A DNA stretch of 64,000 nucleotides. Source: Candidatus Latescibacterota bacterium (GTDB taxonomy: Bacteria > Latescibacterota > UBA2968 > GCA-2709665). Under the pieces are notes generated by a model, which saw only the letters and a program-made list of their open reading frames with translations, did no database searches and was not told the DNA's origin. The stretch spans positions 192,001 to 256,000 of the forward strand of contig CAXXJS010000061.1 in the NCBI GenBank assembly GCA_963662665.2. Reading direction: 5' to 3'. Positions 29,154 through 38,156 of the stretch are shown here, in pieces (position 1 is the stretch's first letter; each line of letters begins with the position of its first letter). Both the position numbers and the translations under genes were made by a program.

Positions 29154-30452
29154 ATGGATGGGGACCTCGCGATTCTTGGTGGCGAAAAGGCGATTACGGC
29201 CGATAGTGGAGAACAGTGGCGTCGACCCGTGGAGGCGGAAAAAGCCGCGGTTTGCGCCCTGATCGACGAGGGCTATCTCTCGGGGTCGGGATCGGGGGTT
29301 CCGAAGGAATTCGAAGAACGGTTCGCGGAGTACATCGGCTGTAAATACGTACTGACAACCAGCCACGGGCATACGGCCCTGGCCAGCGGATTCTTCGCCG
29401 CGGGTCTGGGTGCGGGCGATGAATTCATCACGCCTTCAGTCGGTTATATCGGCAGCTACGCGGGCGCGCTGCATATGGGCGCCACGCCCGTATTCTGCGA
29501 GGTCGAGCCGGAGACGCTGCTCATGGACCCGGACGACGCCGCGCGGCGGATTACGAACAGGACCCGCGTGATCTCGCCGATCCACTCCTGCGGCCGGGTG
29601 TGCGATATGGACCGCCTGCTGGCCCTGGCGGATGCCCACGGACTCGTGGTCGTGGAGGACGCGGCTCACGCGCACGGCAGCGAGTGGGACGGCGTGAAAA
29701 TCGGCAACCTGGGGCATATCGCGTGCTTCAGCATGCAGGGCTCCATGCCCGGGGGGAAGCCGGTAGCAGGCGGCGAGGCCGGCATTGTGGCGACGAACGA
29801 CCGCGAGTTGTACGAACGTGCGTTAATCTACTGCCACCTGCACCGCCCGGGCGCGGTGCAGGAGCTCACCAATCCGGTCTACCGCGAATTGGATCCCCAG
29901 CTCCTCGGATGGAAATGGCGGCCGCATCCGCTGGCTATGGCAATCGGCCTGGTCTCCCTGGAGCACCTGCCCGAACGGCTGGACCGGTTCGAAGCCAACA
30001 GGGAGGCCCTGTTTCGGAAAATCGAGGGACTGCCGGGAATCCGGCCGGTCTGCAACTACAGGAAAGCCAGGGGCGTGGAACTCTACGGCGGGATCAAGTT
30101 CATCTTCGAGCCGGAAGCGCTGGGCGGATTGCCCGCGCCCCGGTTCGTGGCGGCCATGCGGGCCGAAGGCGCGCCACTGAACGGCCCGGGCGTGGGACAC
30201 ATGGAACATCTTCGGTCCATCTACACAAAGGATCTTCCCGGGCTATGGGGAGCGGGTCACAACGGACCGGCGAATGTGCCTCTGCCCCGCTATCGCGAGG
30301 GAGATTTCCCGGTTTCGGAAGCAATCCGGGGGCGCGTGTTGTCCTATCCGGGGCATATCCAGGCCGCGGACGGGTTCGTCGATCAGTTCGCGGCGGCGTT
30401 CAGGAAGGTTGTCCTTCAACATCACAAGCTTCTTCAGGAGGGAGTCGGTTGA
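29154..30452 (+). CDS. DegT/DnrJ/EryC1/StrS PLP aminotransferase
   Basis: GAGDEFI, VEDAAHAHG, CFSMQ...GKPVAGGEAG. Confidence 0.87.
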   Translation: MDGDLAILGGEKAITADSGEQWRRPVEAEKAAVCALIDEGYLSGSGSGVPKEFEERFAEYIGCKYVLTTSHGHTALASGFFAAGLGAGDEFITPSVGYIGSYAGALHMGATPVFCEVEPETLLMDPDDAARRITNRTRVISPIHSCGRVCDMDRLLALADAHGLVVVEDAAHAHGSEWDGVKIGNLGHIACFSMQGSMPGGKPVAGGEAGIVATNDRELYERALIYCHLHRPGAVQELTNPVYRELDPQLLGWKWRPHPLAMAIGLVSLEHLPERLDRFEANREALFRKIEGLPGIRPVCNYRKARGVELYGGIKFIFEPEALGGLPAPRFVAAMRAEGAPLNGPGVGHMEHLRSIYTKDLPGLWGAGHNGPANVPLPRYREGDFPVSEAIRGRVLSYPGHIQAADGFVDQFAAAFRKVVLQHHKLLQEGVG

Positions 30453-31228
30453 CGGAAACCGCCGTATTTCGATCTCCGCTGGAGGTGCGGCTCGCGTGCC
30501 GGCGGAATGCGCTGAAGACCGTGGCGTCGCGCGCGCTGTCGGGGTACCTGTGCGTGAATGTGGTCATGATGGACAAGGCGTACGCCGCGGAGTTTGAGGG
30601 ATTCTGCAGGGCGAACCCGAAGCCGTGTCCGCTGCTGGCCGTGATGCCCGCGGGCCGGACCGACTGTCCCGATTTTGCGCGCGGGCTCGACATTCGCACC
30701 GACCTGGGTTCGTACGGCGTGATCCGGGAGGGCGTGGTGGTGGAGCAGCGGCGGGACGTGGTTTCCCTTTTCTCAGGTGGCATGGTGACGTTTCTGATCG
30801 GTTCCAGCGTGTCCTTCGACGGGCTCCTCGTCGAAAAGGGGTATAAACCCTCATTCGGACCGTGCATTCAACTGACCGACCTGGACTGCGAACCGATGGG
30901 AAGGTTCAGGAGCAAAATGGCGGTGACGATGCGGAGCTTTCTTCCGGACCGTTGCGACGCCGTCTGGGAATACACAAGCCATTTTCCGGCGTGCCATGGG
31001 GCGCCTCTTGGCAGGAATAACGGCCGGGAACTGGGAATTCCGGACCTCGATGCGACGATTTCAGGGAATCCGATCGAGGTTCCAAAAGGCACCGACCGTC
31101 TCTACTGGGCCTGTGGCGTGACGCCCAGCCTGGCGGCACAGCAGGCCCGGCTTCCGCTCGCGCTGTCCTACACGCCCGGCCACGCGATGATCACTGATAT
31201 TCCGACTGAAAGTCTGTATAAACCCTGA
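30449..31228 (+). CDS. DUF1445 / D-glutamate cyclase-like protein
   Basis: TTGA overlap with DegT. FCRANPKPCPLL, DIRTDL, FLIGSS.SF, HGAP, WACGVTP, PGHAMITD. Confidence 0.85.
   Translation: MTETAVFRSPLEVRLACRRNALKTVASRALSGYLCVNVVMMDKAYAAEFEGFCRANPKPCPLLAVMPAGRTDCPDFARGLDIRTDLGSYGVIREGVVVEQRRDVVSLFSGGMVTFLIGSSVSFDGLLVEKGYKPSFGPCIQLTDLDCEPMGRFRSKMAVTMRSFLPDRCDAVWEYTSHFPACHGAPLGRNNGRELGIPDLDATISGNPIEVPKGTDRLYWACGVTPSLAAQQARLPLALSYTPGHAMITDIPTESLYKP
31134..31220 (+). repeat. 87-bp direct repeat, left copy (3' end of the DUF1445 gene)
   Basis: Matches 35895-35981 at 85 of 87 positions. Confidence 0.95.
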
Positions 31229-31283
31229 GACGAATCGTGTCGCTCAACACCGCTGTGTGCCGGACGACGAGTAGGGGGGCGGG

Positions 31284-31456
31284 ATGGGAACGGTGATGAC
31301 CGTTCGAGGCGAGATCGACGGTGAAGACCTGGGCATCGTGGATTACCACGAACACCTCTATTTCGACGCCCCGGACTGGCTGCTAAGAGAAGATGGGGAT
31401 TTCCGGCTGAACTGCGTGGAGCGGTCCGCCGAGGAACTTCGGTCCTGGGCGCGCGG
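31284..31456 (+). pseudogene. Truncated 5' fragment of a phosphotriesterase-family gene
   Basis: First 57 aa (MGTVMTVRGEI...ELRSWAR) nearly match the start of 36975..37898, then similarity stops abruptly. Confidence 0.9.
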
Positions 31457-31650
31457 CCGGCACAGACGGCATCGCGGCGCATGCCGGCCGTTGCCTTCGA
31501 TCCGCCGCAGCGACCAGCCGAGGCGTCCCGGGACCAGGACCTGATGCACACGGTGCGCGCCAGCTCCATCCGGCTCGCGCTCACAACCTACCGAAGAGGG
31601 AGTGTCCGTTGCCATGAACGAGGGGCGAGGATCCGGCGCCAAAAAGGGCC

Positions 31651-31678
31651 TTGACAATAACTGATAATCGGTTATCAT
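31651..31678 (+). promoter_or_regulatory. Promoter TTGACA-N16-TATCAT overlapped by a Fur-family box
   Basis: Inverted repeat TGATAA-tcgg-TTATCA at 31662-31677, directly upstream of the Fur-family gene. Confidence 0.75.
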
Positions 31679-31684
31679 TTATCT

Positions 31685-32053
31685 ATGCAGAGAGCGAAAC
31701 AGCAGTTGACAGTCTTGCAAGCCCTTGGCGCGGCGGACGGCCCCCTGTCCGCCAGGGAACTGTGGAGCCGCCTGAGCGGAACGGGTATCGGTCTCGCCAC
31801 GGTATACCGCGCCCTCCAGCGGGGGGTTGACGAAGGCACGCTGGAGTCGGTCGAGGTGTTGGGCGGCGGCGTTCGGTACGAACCCAAGGACCGCGAGCAC
31901 CACCATCACTTTCTTTGCTCGATTTGCGACCACGCGTTCGACCTCTTCGGTTGCGTCGAGGGCCTCGAGTCCCTGGTTCCAGACGGGTTTCAGGTGACGG
32001 GGCACGAGGTGGTGTTGCTCGGAACCTGTGATGCGTGTGGCAATGCGGCATAA
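31685..32053 (+). CDS. Fur-family metalloregulator (Zur/Nur-like)
   Basis: IGLATVYRAL, HHHHFLCSIC, HEVVLLGTCDAC. Confidence 0.9.
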   Translation: MQRAKQQLTVLQALGAADGPLSARELWSRLSGTGIGLATVYRALQRGVDEGTLESVEVLGGGVRYEPKDREHHHHFLCSICDHAFDLFGCVEGLESLVPDGFQVTGHEVVLLGTCDACGNAA

Positions 32054-32265
32054 CGGTCACGGTCACCGAGCTGGCTTGTCTCGAAGAAGGCTGCGCCCCC
32101 GTCGAAACCGCGATTGGCGTGCTTCGGCCCGATGCGCCACAGCTTCAGTGCAAACTGCACAAACCCATGGACGCCGTTGACGCCGAGGTCCTGGTCCAGG
32201 CTTGCGCGGCGTGGGGATTCGACGTAGCGATTCCGGTGATTGCACCGCTACTCCAGGAGGAATAG
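32035..32265 (+). CDS. Small CobW-associated hypothetical protein, possibly 5'-truncated
   Basis: VTELACLEEGCAPVET...KLHKP motif. Stop abuts the CobW ATG. No convincing start. Confidence 0.5.
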   Translation: MWQCGITVTVTELACLEEGCAPVETAIGVLRPDAPQLQCKLHKPMDAVDAEVLVQACAAWGFDVAIPVIAPLLQEE

Positions 32266-33687
32266 ATGGACACGTCCCGAAACATACCGGTCACGATCCT
32301 CACCGGCTTCCTCGGCTCCGGCAAGACGACCCTGCTGAACCGGATCTTGAGTGAGGAGCACGGCAAACGCATCGCCGTGATCGAAAACGAATTCGGAGAG
32401 GTCGGCATCGACCAGGGGCTCGTCATCAACGCTGACGAGGAGATCTTCGAGATGTCGAACGGCTGTATCTGCTGCACGGTGCGCGGAGACCTGATTCGCG
32501 TGCTCAGTAACCTCATGAAGCGCCGGGAAAAGTTCGACTACGTGTTGGTGGAGACCACGGGGCTCGCCGATCCCGGTCCGGTCGCTCAGACCTTCTTCAT
32601 GGACGACGAGATTCGTGCCGAGTTCGCGCTAGACGGAATCGTCACCCTCGTCGACGCAGCGCACATCGAGCAGCAGCTCGGCCGAAGCGACGAGAGCACG
32701 GAGCAGGTCGCGTTCGCGGACGTCCTCGTTCTCAACAAGACGGACCTCGTCGGCGACGACGCTCTCGACGGGCTCGAGGCTCGGCTCCGGGACATGAACC
32801 GAATGGCGCGAGTCATCCGTAGCGAGCGGGCGGACGTGTCCGTCGATACGGTACTCAACCTCGGCGCCTTCGACCTGGACTCGGTGCTCGAGCGTCGTCC
32901 CACCTTCCTTGAGCCGGAATACCCCTTCGAATGGACTGGAGTCTATTCGCTTGATGCCGGCCGCTACGAACTCAGTCTGGCAGAGGGACCGGATCCGACG
33001 ATGTCTCTCGTGATTGTACCCGGCCAGGGCACGGATGACGCGGCACTGCGTGAGGGTGCGGAGTCGTGTGTGCGTCGGTACGCCGAACCTGCGGATGTCG
33101 TTCCCCCGGGGGGCGAGATGTCCGCCGGAAGGCACCTGGGCCTGCAGCTCGACTCCCCGGGGCGCAAGTCGTTCTTCCTGGAGGTCGATACGCAGGCGAG
33201 GATCGGCTTCTACGCCCAGCACACCGCGGAGGAGTTCGATCTGCAACTGATGAAAGCGGACGGCGAGGCGGTCAGGCCGGAAGACGGTCCGCGGCCCAGG
33301 CCGGCGACTCCCACGGAGAACGGCGCCCCGCGCGTCAAGGAAGCGCTTCCCGTCGAGGTAGAGCGAACCTGGGTCGCACAGCATGAGCACGACGACGAAG
33401 TGGGCTCGATCGCAATCGAGAGGGAGGGCGACGTCGATCCCGACAGGCTCAACGCGTGGCTTGGCGAACTGCTCAGTGAACGCGGGGTGGACATCTTCCG
33501 CATGAAGGGCTTCATCAGCCTCGCGGGTGAGTCCCGTCGCTTCGTCTTCCAGGGGGTCCACATGCTCTTCGACGGACAGCCTGATCGTCCATGGGGGGAC
33601 GCGCCCCGCCGCAATCAGCTCATATTCATCGGCCGCAACCTCGATGAGCAGAGCATGCGGCAGGAATTCGAAGCATGTCTGATTTAA
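32266..33687 (+). CDS. COG0523/CobW family G3E GTPase metallochaperone
   Basis: GFLGSGKTT, ENEFGE, GCICC, ETTGLADP, NKTD, C-terminal FRMKG...FQGVH...FIGR. Confidence 0.93.
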   Translation: MDTSRNIPVTILTGFLGSGKTTLLNRILSEEHGKRIAVIENEFGEVGIDQGLVINADEEIFEMSNGCICCTVRGDLIRVLSNLMKRREKFDYVLVETTGLADPGPVAQTFFMDDEIRAEFALDGIVTLVDAAHIEQQLGRSDESTEQVAFADVLVLNKTDLVGDDALDGLEARLRDMNRMARVIRSERADVSVDTVLNLGAFDLDSVLERRPTFLEPEYPFEWTGVYSLDAGRYELSLAEGPDPTMSLVIVPGQGTDDAALREGAESCVRRYAEPADVVPPGGEMSAGRHLGLQLDSPGRKSFFLEVDTQARIGFYAQHTAEEFDLQLMKADGEAVRPEDGPRPRPATPTENGAPRVKEALPVEVERTWVAQHEHDDEVGSIAIEREGDVDPDRLNAWLGELLSERGVDIFRMKGFISLAGESRRFVFQGVHMLFDGQPDRPWGDAPRRNQLIFIGRNLDEQSMRQEFEACLI

Positions 33688-34715
33688 ATGCCGACAGCCC
33701 GAGGGGCGCTCTTCGCCGGGGTTGGTCTGCGGCGGTTGGCGACTACGCCATCGCCGGGGGTTGGAGCCTTCGCGGTGAGGCGCTGATGGTCGGTGATGCC
33801 GCGGGTGGCGTCTATGCATTCGACGGCAAGTCTGGCGCGGCCGTCCGGGAGCGGCGCGGGGTTCATGAAGGTGGTGTGCTCGCGGTGGCGATCCACCCAA
33901 GCGGAACCGCGTTCGCTACGGCCGGCCAGGACAGCCGAGTCTTAATCTGGAGTGCCGCAGAGGGTCAGGTAAGCCGGGCTATCGACGTCGGAAGCGGTTG
34001 GGTAGAAAACGTAGCGTGGTCGCCGGACGGCCAATGGTTGGCGGCCTCCTGCTCCCGGCAGGTTCGCGTGTACGGTGAGGACGGCGCGGAGGTTTGGCGA
34101 TCTGATGATCATCCCAGCACCGTCAGCGCGATTGCCTGGTCGAGCGTAGGGGAGCTGGCGACGGCCTGTTACGGTCGAGTGACGTTCTTCGACGCATCCG
34201 CTGGCGAGCTTCGCCAGAAGCTGGAGTGGCAGGGATCCCTGGTGTCGATGGTACTGAGCCCGGACGGGGATATCGTGGCCTGCGGCAGCCAGGACAACTC
34301 GGTGCACTTCTGGCGTCGCTCCACGGAGGAGGACTCCATGATGTCCGGATATCCCGGGAAGCCGTCGGCCCTGGCCTTCGACGAGACCGGCACCCTCCTG
34401 GCCACCGGCGGAGGGGAGGCGGTGACGGTCTGGGGCTTCCAGGGAAGTGGTCCCGAAGGCACACGGCCCGGCGTTCTAGAGTTTCATGTTCAACCCGTCA
34501 CGACGCTTGCCTTCGCTCCCGGCGTGATGCGTCTGGCATCGGGAGACCGCGAGGGTGCCGTGGTTGTGTGGTCGCTCCAGAGAGATGGAGAAGGCGATCT
34601 GATAGGGGCCGCGGTTGTGGCGGGCGCAGTGGCCGAATTGTACTGGCGGCCTGACGGTCGCGCGCTTGCCGCGCTCGACGCGCGGGGTGGCGTGACGGTG
34701 TGGCGGATAGGATGA
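33675..34715 (+). CDS. WD40-repeat beta-propeller protein
   Basis: Repeated units such as ATAGQD..VLIW, AWSPDG, ACGSQD..VHFW, LASGD...VVW. Confidence 0.85.
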   Translation: MSDLNADSPRGALRRGWSAAVGDYAIAGGWSLRGEALMVGDAAGGVYAFDGKSGAAVRERRGVHEGGVLAVAIHPSGTAFATAGQDSRVLIWSAAEGQVSRAIDVGSGWVENVAWSPDGQWLAASCSRQVRVYGEDGAEVWRSDDHPSTVSAIAWSSVGELATACYGRVTFFDASAGELRQKLEWQGSLVSMVLSPDGDIVACGSQDNSVHFWRRSTEEDSMMSGYPGKPSALAFDETGTLLATGGGEAVTVWGFQGSGPEGTRPGVLEFHVQPVTTLAFAPGVMRLASGDREGAVVVWSLQRDGEGDLIGAAVVAGAVAELYWRPDGRALAALDARGGVTVWRIG

Positions 34716-34731
34716 ACAAAGTATAGTCATC

Positions 34732-35541
34732 ATGGATGCAAACGCTCTACTGGTTTTGTCGGCCTATTCAGTCGCCATCATTGCCGCTTCCCTGCTCGGC
34801 GGCAAATTGGCGGGATTGGGCACGATGACGCATACGCGCACTCAGGTCGTGATGAGTCTCGTAGCCGGCTTCATCCTCGGCATCGCCATGTTTCACCTGC
34901 TACCCGATAGCCTCGATCACATTCCTGGACCTGGCGCTCTGGAAAAAGCCGTGGGATGGATGGTGTTAGGCATGGTGCTGATGATTCTCTTACAGCATAT
35001 CTTTCACTTTCACCAGCACGACTTCAGCCGCGAGGCGAGCGATCTGTATAATGACCACGACCACGGCCACGGTGTCGTCCATTCGCCGAGTTTGTTTGGC
35101 GTTGCCCTCGGCCTAGGGGTGCATACCGCGACCGAAGGGATCGCGTTGGGTACCAGCACGAGGTTGGAATCGCCGTATGAAGACGGAGTCTCCTTGGCGG
35201 GACTAGGGGTATTTCTCGTCATTCTGCTGCACAAGCCGCTCGATGCGTACTCCGTTATCAGCATGATGAAGTACGCCGGTCACAGCCAGCGCGCCAGGAC
35301 ATTGACCAATTTCGGCTTTGCCCTGCTGTGCCCGGTAGTGGCGCTGGCGAGCTTCGGAGGTGTGGAATTGCTTGGCCCGGAAGAAGGGGCGGTGATCGGC
35401 TATGTGCTGTCCTTTGCGGCGGGCGCGTTCTTATGCATTGCCTTGGGCGACCTGTTACCGGAGATTCATTTCCACAGCCACGATCGCGGCAAGCTCATCG
35501 TCTCCCTCCTTGTGGGAATCAGTCTCGCCTATTTACTTTGA
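34732..35541 (+). CDS. ZIP family metal transporter
   Basis: FHLLPD, His-rich loop HFHQH..DHDHGH, HTATEG, LHKPLD, DLLPE. Confidence 0.88.
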   Translation: MDANALLVLSAYSVAIIAASLLGGKLAGLGTMTHTRTQVVMSLVAGFILGIAMFHLLPDSLDHIPGPGALEKAVGWMVLGMVLMILLQHIFHFHQHDFSREASDLYNDHDHGHGVVHSPSLFGVALGLGVHTATEGIALGTSTRLESPYEDGVSLAGLGVFLVILLHKPLDAYSVISMMKYAGHSQRARTLTNFGFALLCPVVALASFGGVELLGPEEGAVIGYVLSFAAGAFLCIALGDLLPEIHFHSHDRGKLIVSLLVGISLAYLL

Positions 35542-35894
35542 ATCCAGCACCCTTTATGGCGCACGAAGGGCATTAGCTATATCGCTACCTTCTGTCCGGT
35601 CTGCACCGACTCAACAGCAGCGTAGAGAGGGGTTGCCTCAGGGCGATGCTCGCCGTGGTGGTCGGCGCCCACGATGCGGACGCACCGAAGTTGCGTCTGG
35701 AGGCGCATACTCATGCGCGGTCGGTGCGTTTTCGCGGCTGTGACGATCCGGCGCCTTGCCCGGATTCGTCCATGGCGACCTTCCGGAGGCCCGTAGATTC
35801 TCGGTCGAAAAGTGGGAATCAACAAGGGAAGTCCTACCGGAGGATATCAATTACGTCGTTCTATATGAATGACTTACAGCATACTATTGGCGGC

Positions 35895-36010
35895 CGGCAC
35901 AGCAGGCCCGGCTTCCGCTCGCGCTGTCCTACACGCCCGGCCACGCGATGATCACGGATATTCCAACTGAAAGTCTGTATAGAGCCGAAAAAACGCATGG
36001 TGAGACGTAA
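35895..36010 (+). pseudogene. Orphan 3' end of a DUF1445 gene (includes the right copy of the 87-bp repeat, 35895-35981)
   Basis: Reads AQQARLPLALSYTPGHAMITDIPTESLYRAEKTHGET to TAA at 36008-36010. Confidence 0.85.
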
Positions 36011-36219
36011 GACGTGAGTCGGGAGATGAAGTGGGTGCCGAAGAACGGGTAGACGCAAGACGGGAGATGATATGAATGCCCGTTCGGTTTCATTTCTTGC
36101 CGGAGGCATTAAAGGAAGAGTCAATCGGGCAAGGACGGCATCTACCGTCTCACCTCTACTCTCTTCCCGCATTCAGGTCTTTCATCTACCGCCTCCCCCC
36201 CTCTTCCGGAGAACTTGTC

Positions 36220-36975
36220 GTGACTGATTCCAACTGGCTGAAGGCGGCAACGGCGACCTGGCCGGAATGCAGGGATTTCCTGAGGGGCACGCCGTTCGCA
36301 ATTCTGCCTCTTGGGGCAACGGAGCAGCACGGACCCCATCTGCCGCAGAATACGGACACGGTGCTTGCGGATGCACTGGCCCTGGACGTCGCGAAAAAGA
36401 GTTCGGGCCTCGTGCTGCCCCCGGTCCACGTTGGGTACTCCTGGAGTTGGCGCGACTATCCGGGGACGCTCGCGTTCTCGTTCGACACCTTCCGTGAAGT
36501 CGTGAAGGACCTGGCGCGTAGCGTCCATCGGAGCGGCTGCCGGGCGCTGATGACGCTTTCAGGACACGGCGCAAATCCCGTCCCGTTGAAGTTGACAGCC
36601 CGGGAATTGGTAGACGAACTGGACCTGAAGGTGTTGAACGTCTTCTATCCGGGTCTGGATGAAGTAATGGCCGATGCACAGTCGCCGCAATGGGCGCCGA
36701 TGAATTTTCACGCGGAGGAGTTCGAAACCTCCCTGATGCTCTACCTGAAGCCCGAATGGGTCAGGATGGACCGGGCCGTGCGGGAATATCCTCCGCGGTC
36801 CGCGGAGTACGAGATGTCCACGCGGCCCCTGGGCAGTCTGTCCGGATCCGGGGTGTTCGGCGATGCCACGGTCGCATCAGCCGAGAAAGGCGAGCGGTGG
36901 TTTAACGCGTGCGTGACAAACATGGCTCGGGCGTGGACGCAGTTCCTTTCCGGGCTGGATCCTGAGGGGGCGTGA
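36220..36975 (+). CDS. Creatininase family amidohydrolase
   Basis: LPLGATEQHGPHLP..TD, SGHGAN, HAEEFETS, SGVFGD. Start uncertain. Confidence 0.87.
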   Translation: MTDSNWLKAATATWPECRDFLRGTPFAILPLGATEQHGPHLPQNTDTVLADALALDVAKKSSGLVLPPVHVGYSWSWRDYPGTLAFSFDTFREVVKDLARSVHRSGCRALMTLSGHGANPVPLKLTARELVDELDLKVLNVFYPGLDEVMADAQSPQWAPMNFHAEEFETSLMLYLKPEWVRMDRAVREYPPRSAEYEMSTRPLGSLSGSGVFGDATVASAEKGERWFNACVTNMARAWTQFLSGLDPEGA

Positions 36976-37898
36976 TGGGAACGGTGATGACGGTGCGGGG
37001 GGAGATCGTCGGCGAAAATCTGGGCATCGTGGATTATCATGAACACCTCTACTTCGACGCGCCGGACTGGCTGTTGCGGGAAGATCGGGATTTCCGGCTT
37101 GACAACGTGGAGCAGTCGGCGGCGGAGCTTCGGTCCTGGGCGCGGGCGGGCGGCAGGACCCTGGTTGAGATGTCCGCGATAGACTTCGGACGCAACGTGC
37201 GGCAGGTGGTCAGGATAGCCGACCTGGTGCCCGACGTGCACGTGGTTGTCATCACGGGATATAACAAGCCCTATTTCTGTGACCGCGCGATCCTGAATCA
37301 GGACGAAGACACAATGATCCGGAATTGTATCCACGATATCGAGGTGGGGATCGACGGTACAGGGGTGAAGGCCGGCATCGTGAAGGGCGGCAGTGGATAC
37401 AATACGTTTCATGAGGCCGACAGGAAGCTGATGCGCGTGGCGGCGAAGGTGCACGCGGAAACGGGCGTGCCCGTGATTACCCATACGGAAGCCGGAACGA
37501 TGGGGTACGATCAGGTTACGTTCCTGGACGCGCTGGGTGTGCGTCCGAACCGGGTATGTCTGAGCCATATGGACAGGAACCCGGATTTCTGGGAACACCG
37601 GCGAATCGCGGATACCGGCGCCTACCTGGGCTACGACTGCCCGGGTAAAGTCAAATACGGACCGGATGAATTGCGCATTTCCGTGCTGAAGAGCGTGATC
37701 GATGCCGGCCTTGGCGACCGGATACTTCTGGGCAACGATCTGGGCCGGCCCAGTTACTGGCGAAGCTACGGAGGCGGTCCGGGGTTGGACCACGTGCTGA
37801 CCCGGTTCGTTCCCCGGCTGCGGGAAGAAGGGGTCGCTGAAACAGCGATCCAGGATTTGCTGGTAAACAACCCGCGGCGTTTTCTCGCCGGCGAATAA
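36975..37898 (+). CDS. Phosphotriesterase-related (PTE/Php) amidohydrolase
   Basis: HEHL, FGRN, KAGIVK, THTEAGT, SHMDR, LGNDLGR, NNPRRF. Confidence 0.9.
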   Translation: MGTVMTVRGEIVGENLGIVDYHEHLYFDAPDWLLREDRDFRLDNVEQSAAELRSWARAGGRTLVEMSAIDFGRNVRQVVRIADLVPDVHVVVITGYNKPYFCDRAILNQDEDTMIRNCIHDIEVGIDGTGVKAGIVKGGSGYNTFHEADRKLMRVAAKVHAETGVPVITHTEAGTMGYDQVTFLDALGVRPNRVCLSHMDRNPDFWEHRRIADTGAYLGYDCPGKVKYGPDELRISVLKSVIDAGLGDRILLGNDLGRPSYWRSYGGGPGLDHVLTRFVPRLREEGVAETAIQDLLVNNPRRFLAGE

Positions 37899-38013
37899 CG
37901 CGGCCGAGATAACGTCCTGTTCCGCGAATAGCCTGGCTGAAATCGGCCGACGAGTCGCCCGGCTGGCATCCATCTGACTGGTTCACGAACCGTCTGCACC
38001 CTGAGCCGCTCAG

Positions 38014-38112
38014 TGAGCTTGTCGAAGGGCCGGTGAAGGCATGTAAAGAGCGCCAGGCGGTGCACCGTAAGCCTGTCGAACATTACGAAACGCGGGCATT
38101 TCGACAAGCTCA
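38014..38112. repeat. REP-like inverted repeat element
   Basis: TGAGCTTGTCGAA (38014-38026) and its exact reverse complement (38100-38112), with a degenerate third copy TAAGCCTGTCGAA at 38068-38080. Confidence 0.7.
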
Positions 38113-38156
38113 ATGACCACGTTTCGGAGGGCACGCGCGTATCATGAGACCCACCT

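Larger units (their letters stand above)
31453..35902. mobile_element. Putative inserted metal-homeostasis cassette bounded by 13-bp direct repeats
   Basis: GCGGCCGGCACAG at 31453-31465 and 35890-35902, each at a gene-truncation junction. No recombinase inside. Confidence 0.6.

Noticed and set aside
29600-30448. N-terminal extension of the DUF1445 ORF (542 aa)
   Set aside because: It overlaps the DegT gene out of frame. Family similarity starts only after 30449.
32629-33900. 423-aa antisense ORF (similarly 9147..10394, 36741..37973, 38160..39551, 54322..55608)
   Set aside because: Antisense shadows of well-supported genes, which are expected in high-GC DNA.
35520-35580. Possible frameshift at the ZIP C-terminus (alternate frames read YFESSTLYG or MAHEGH)
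   Set aside because: The last TM helix is essentially complete, and this cannot be judged without a homologue alignment.
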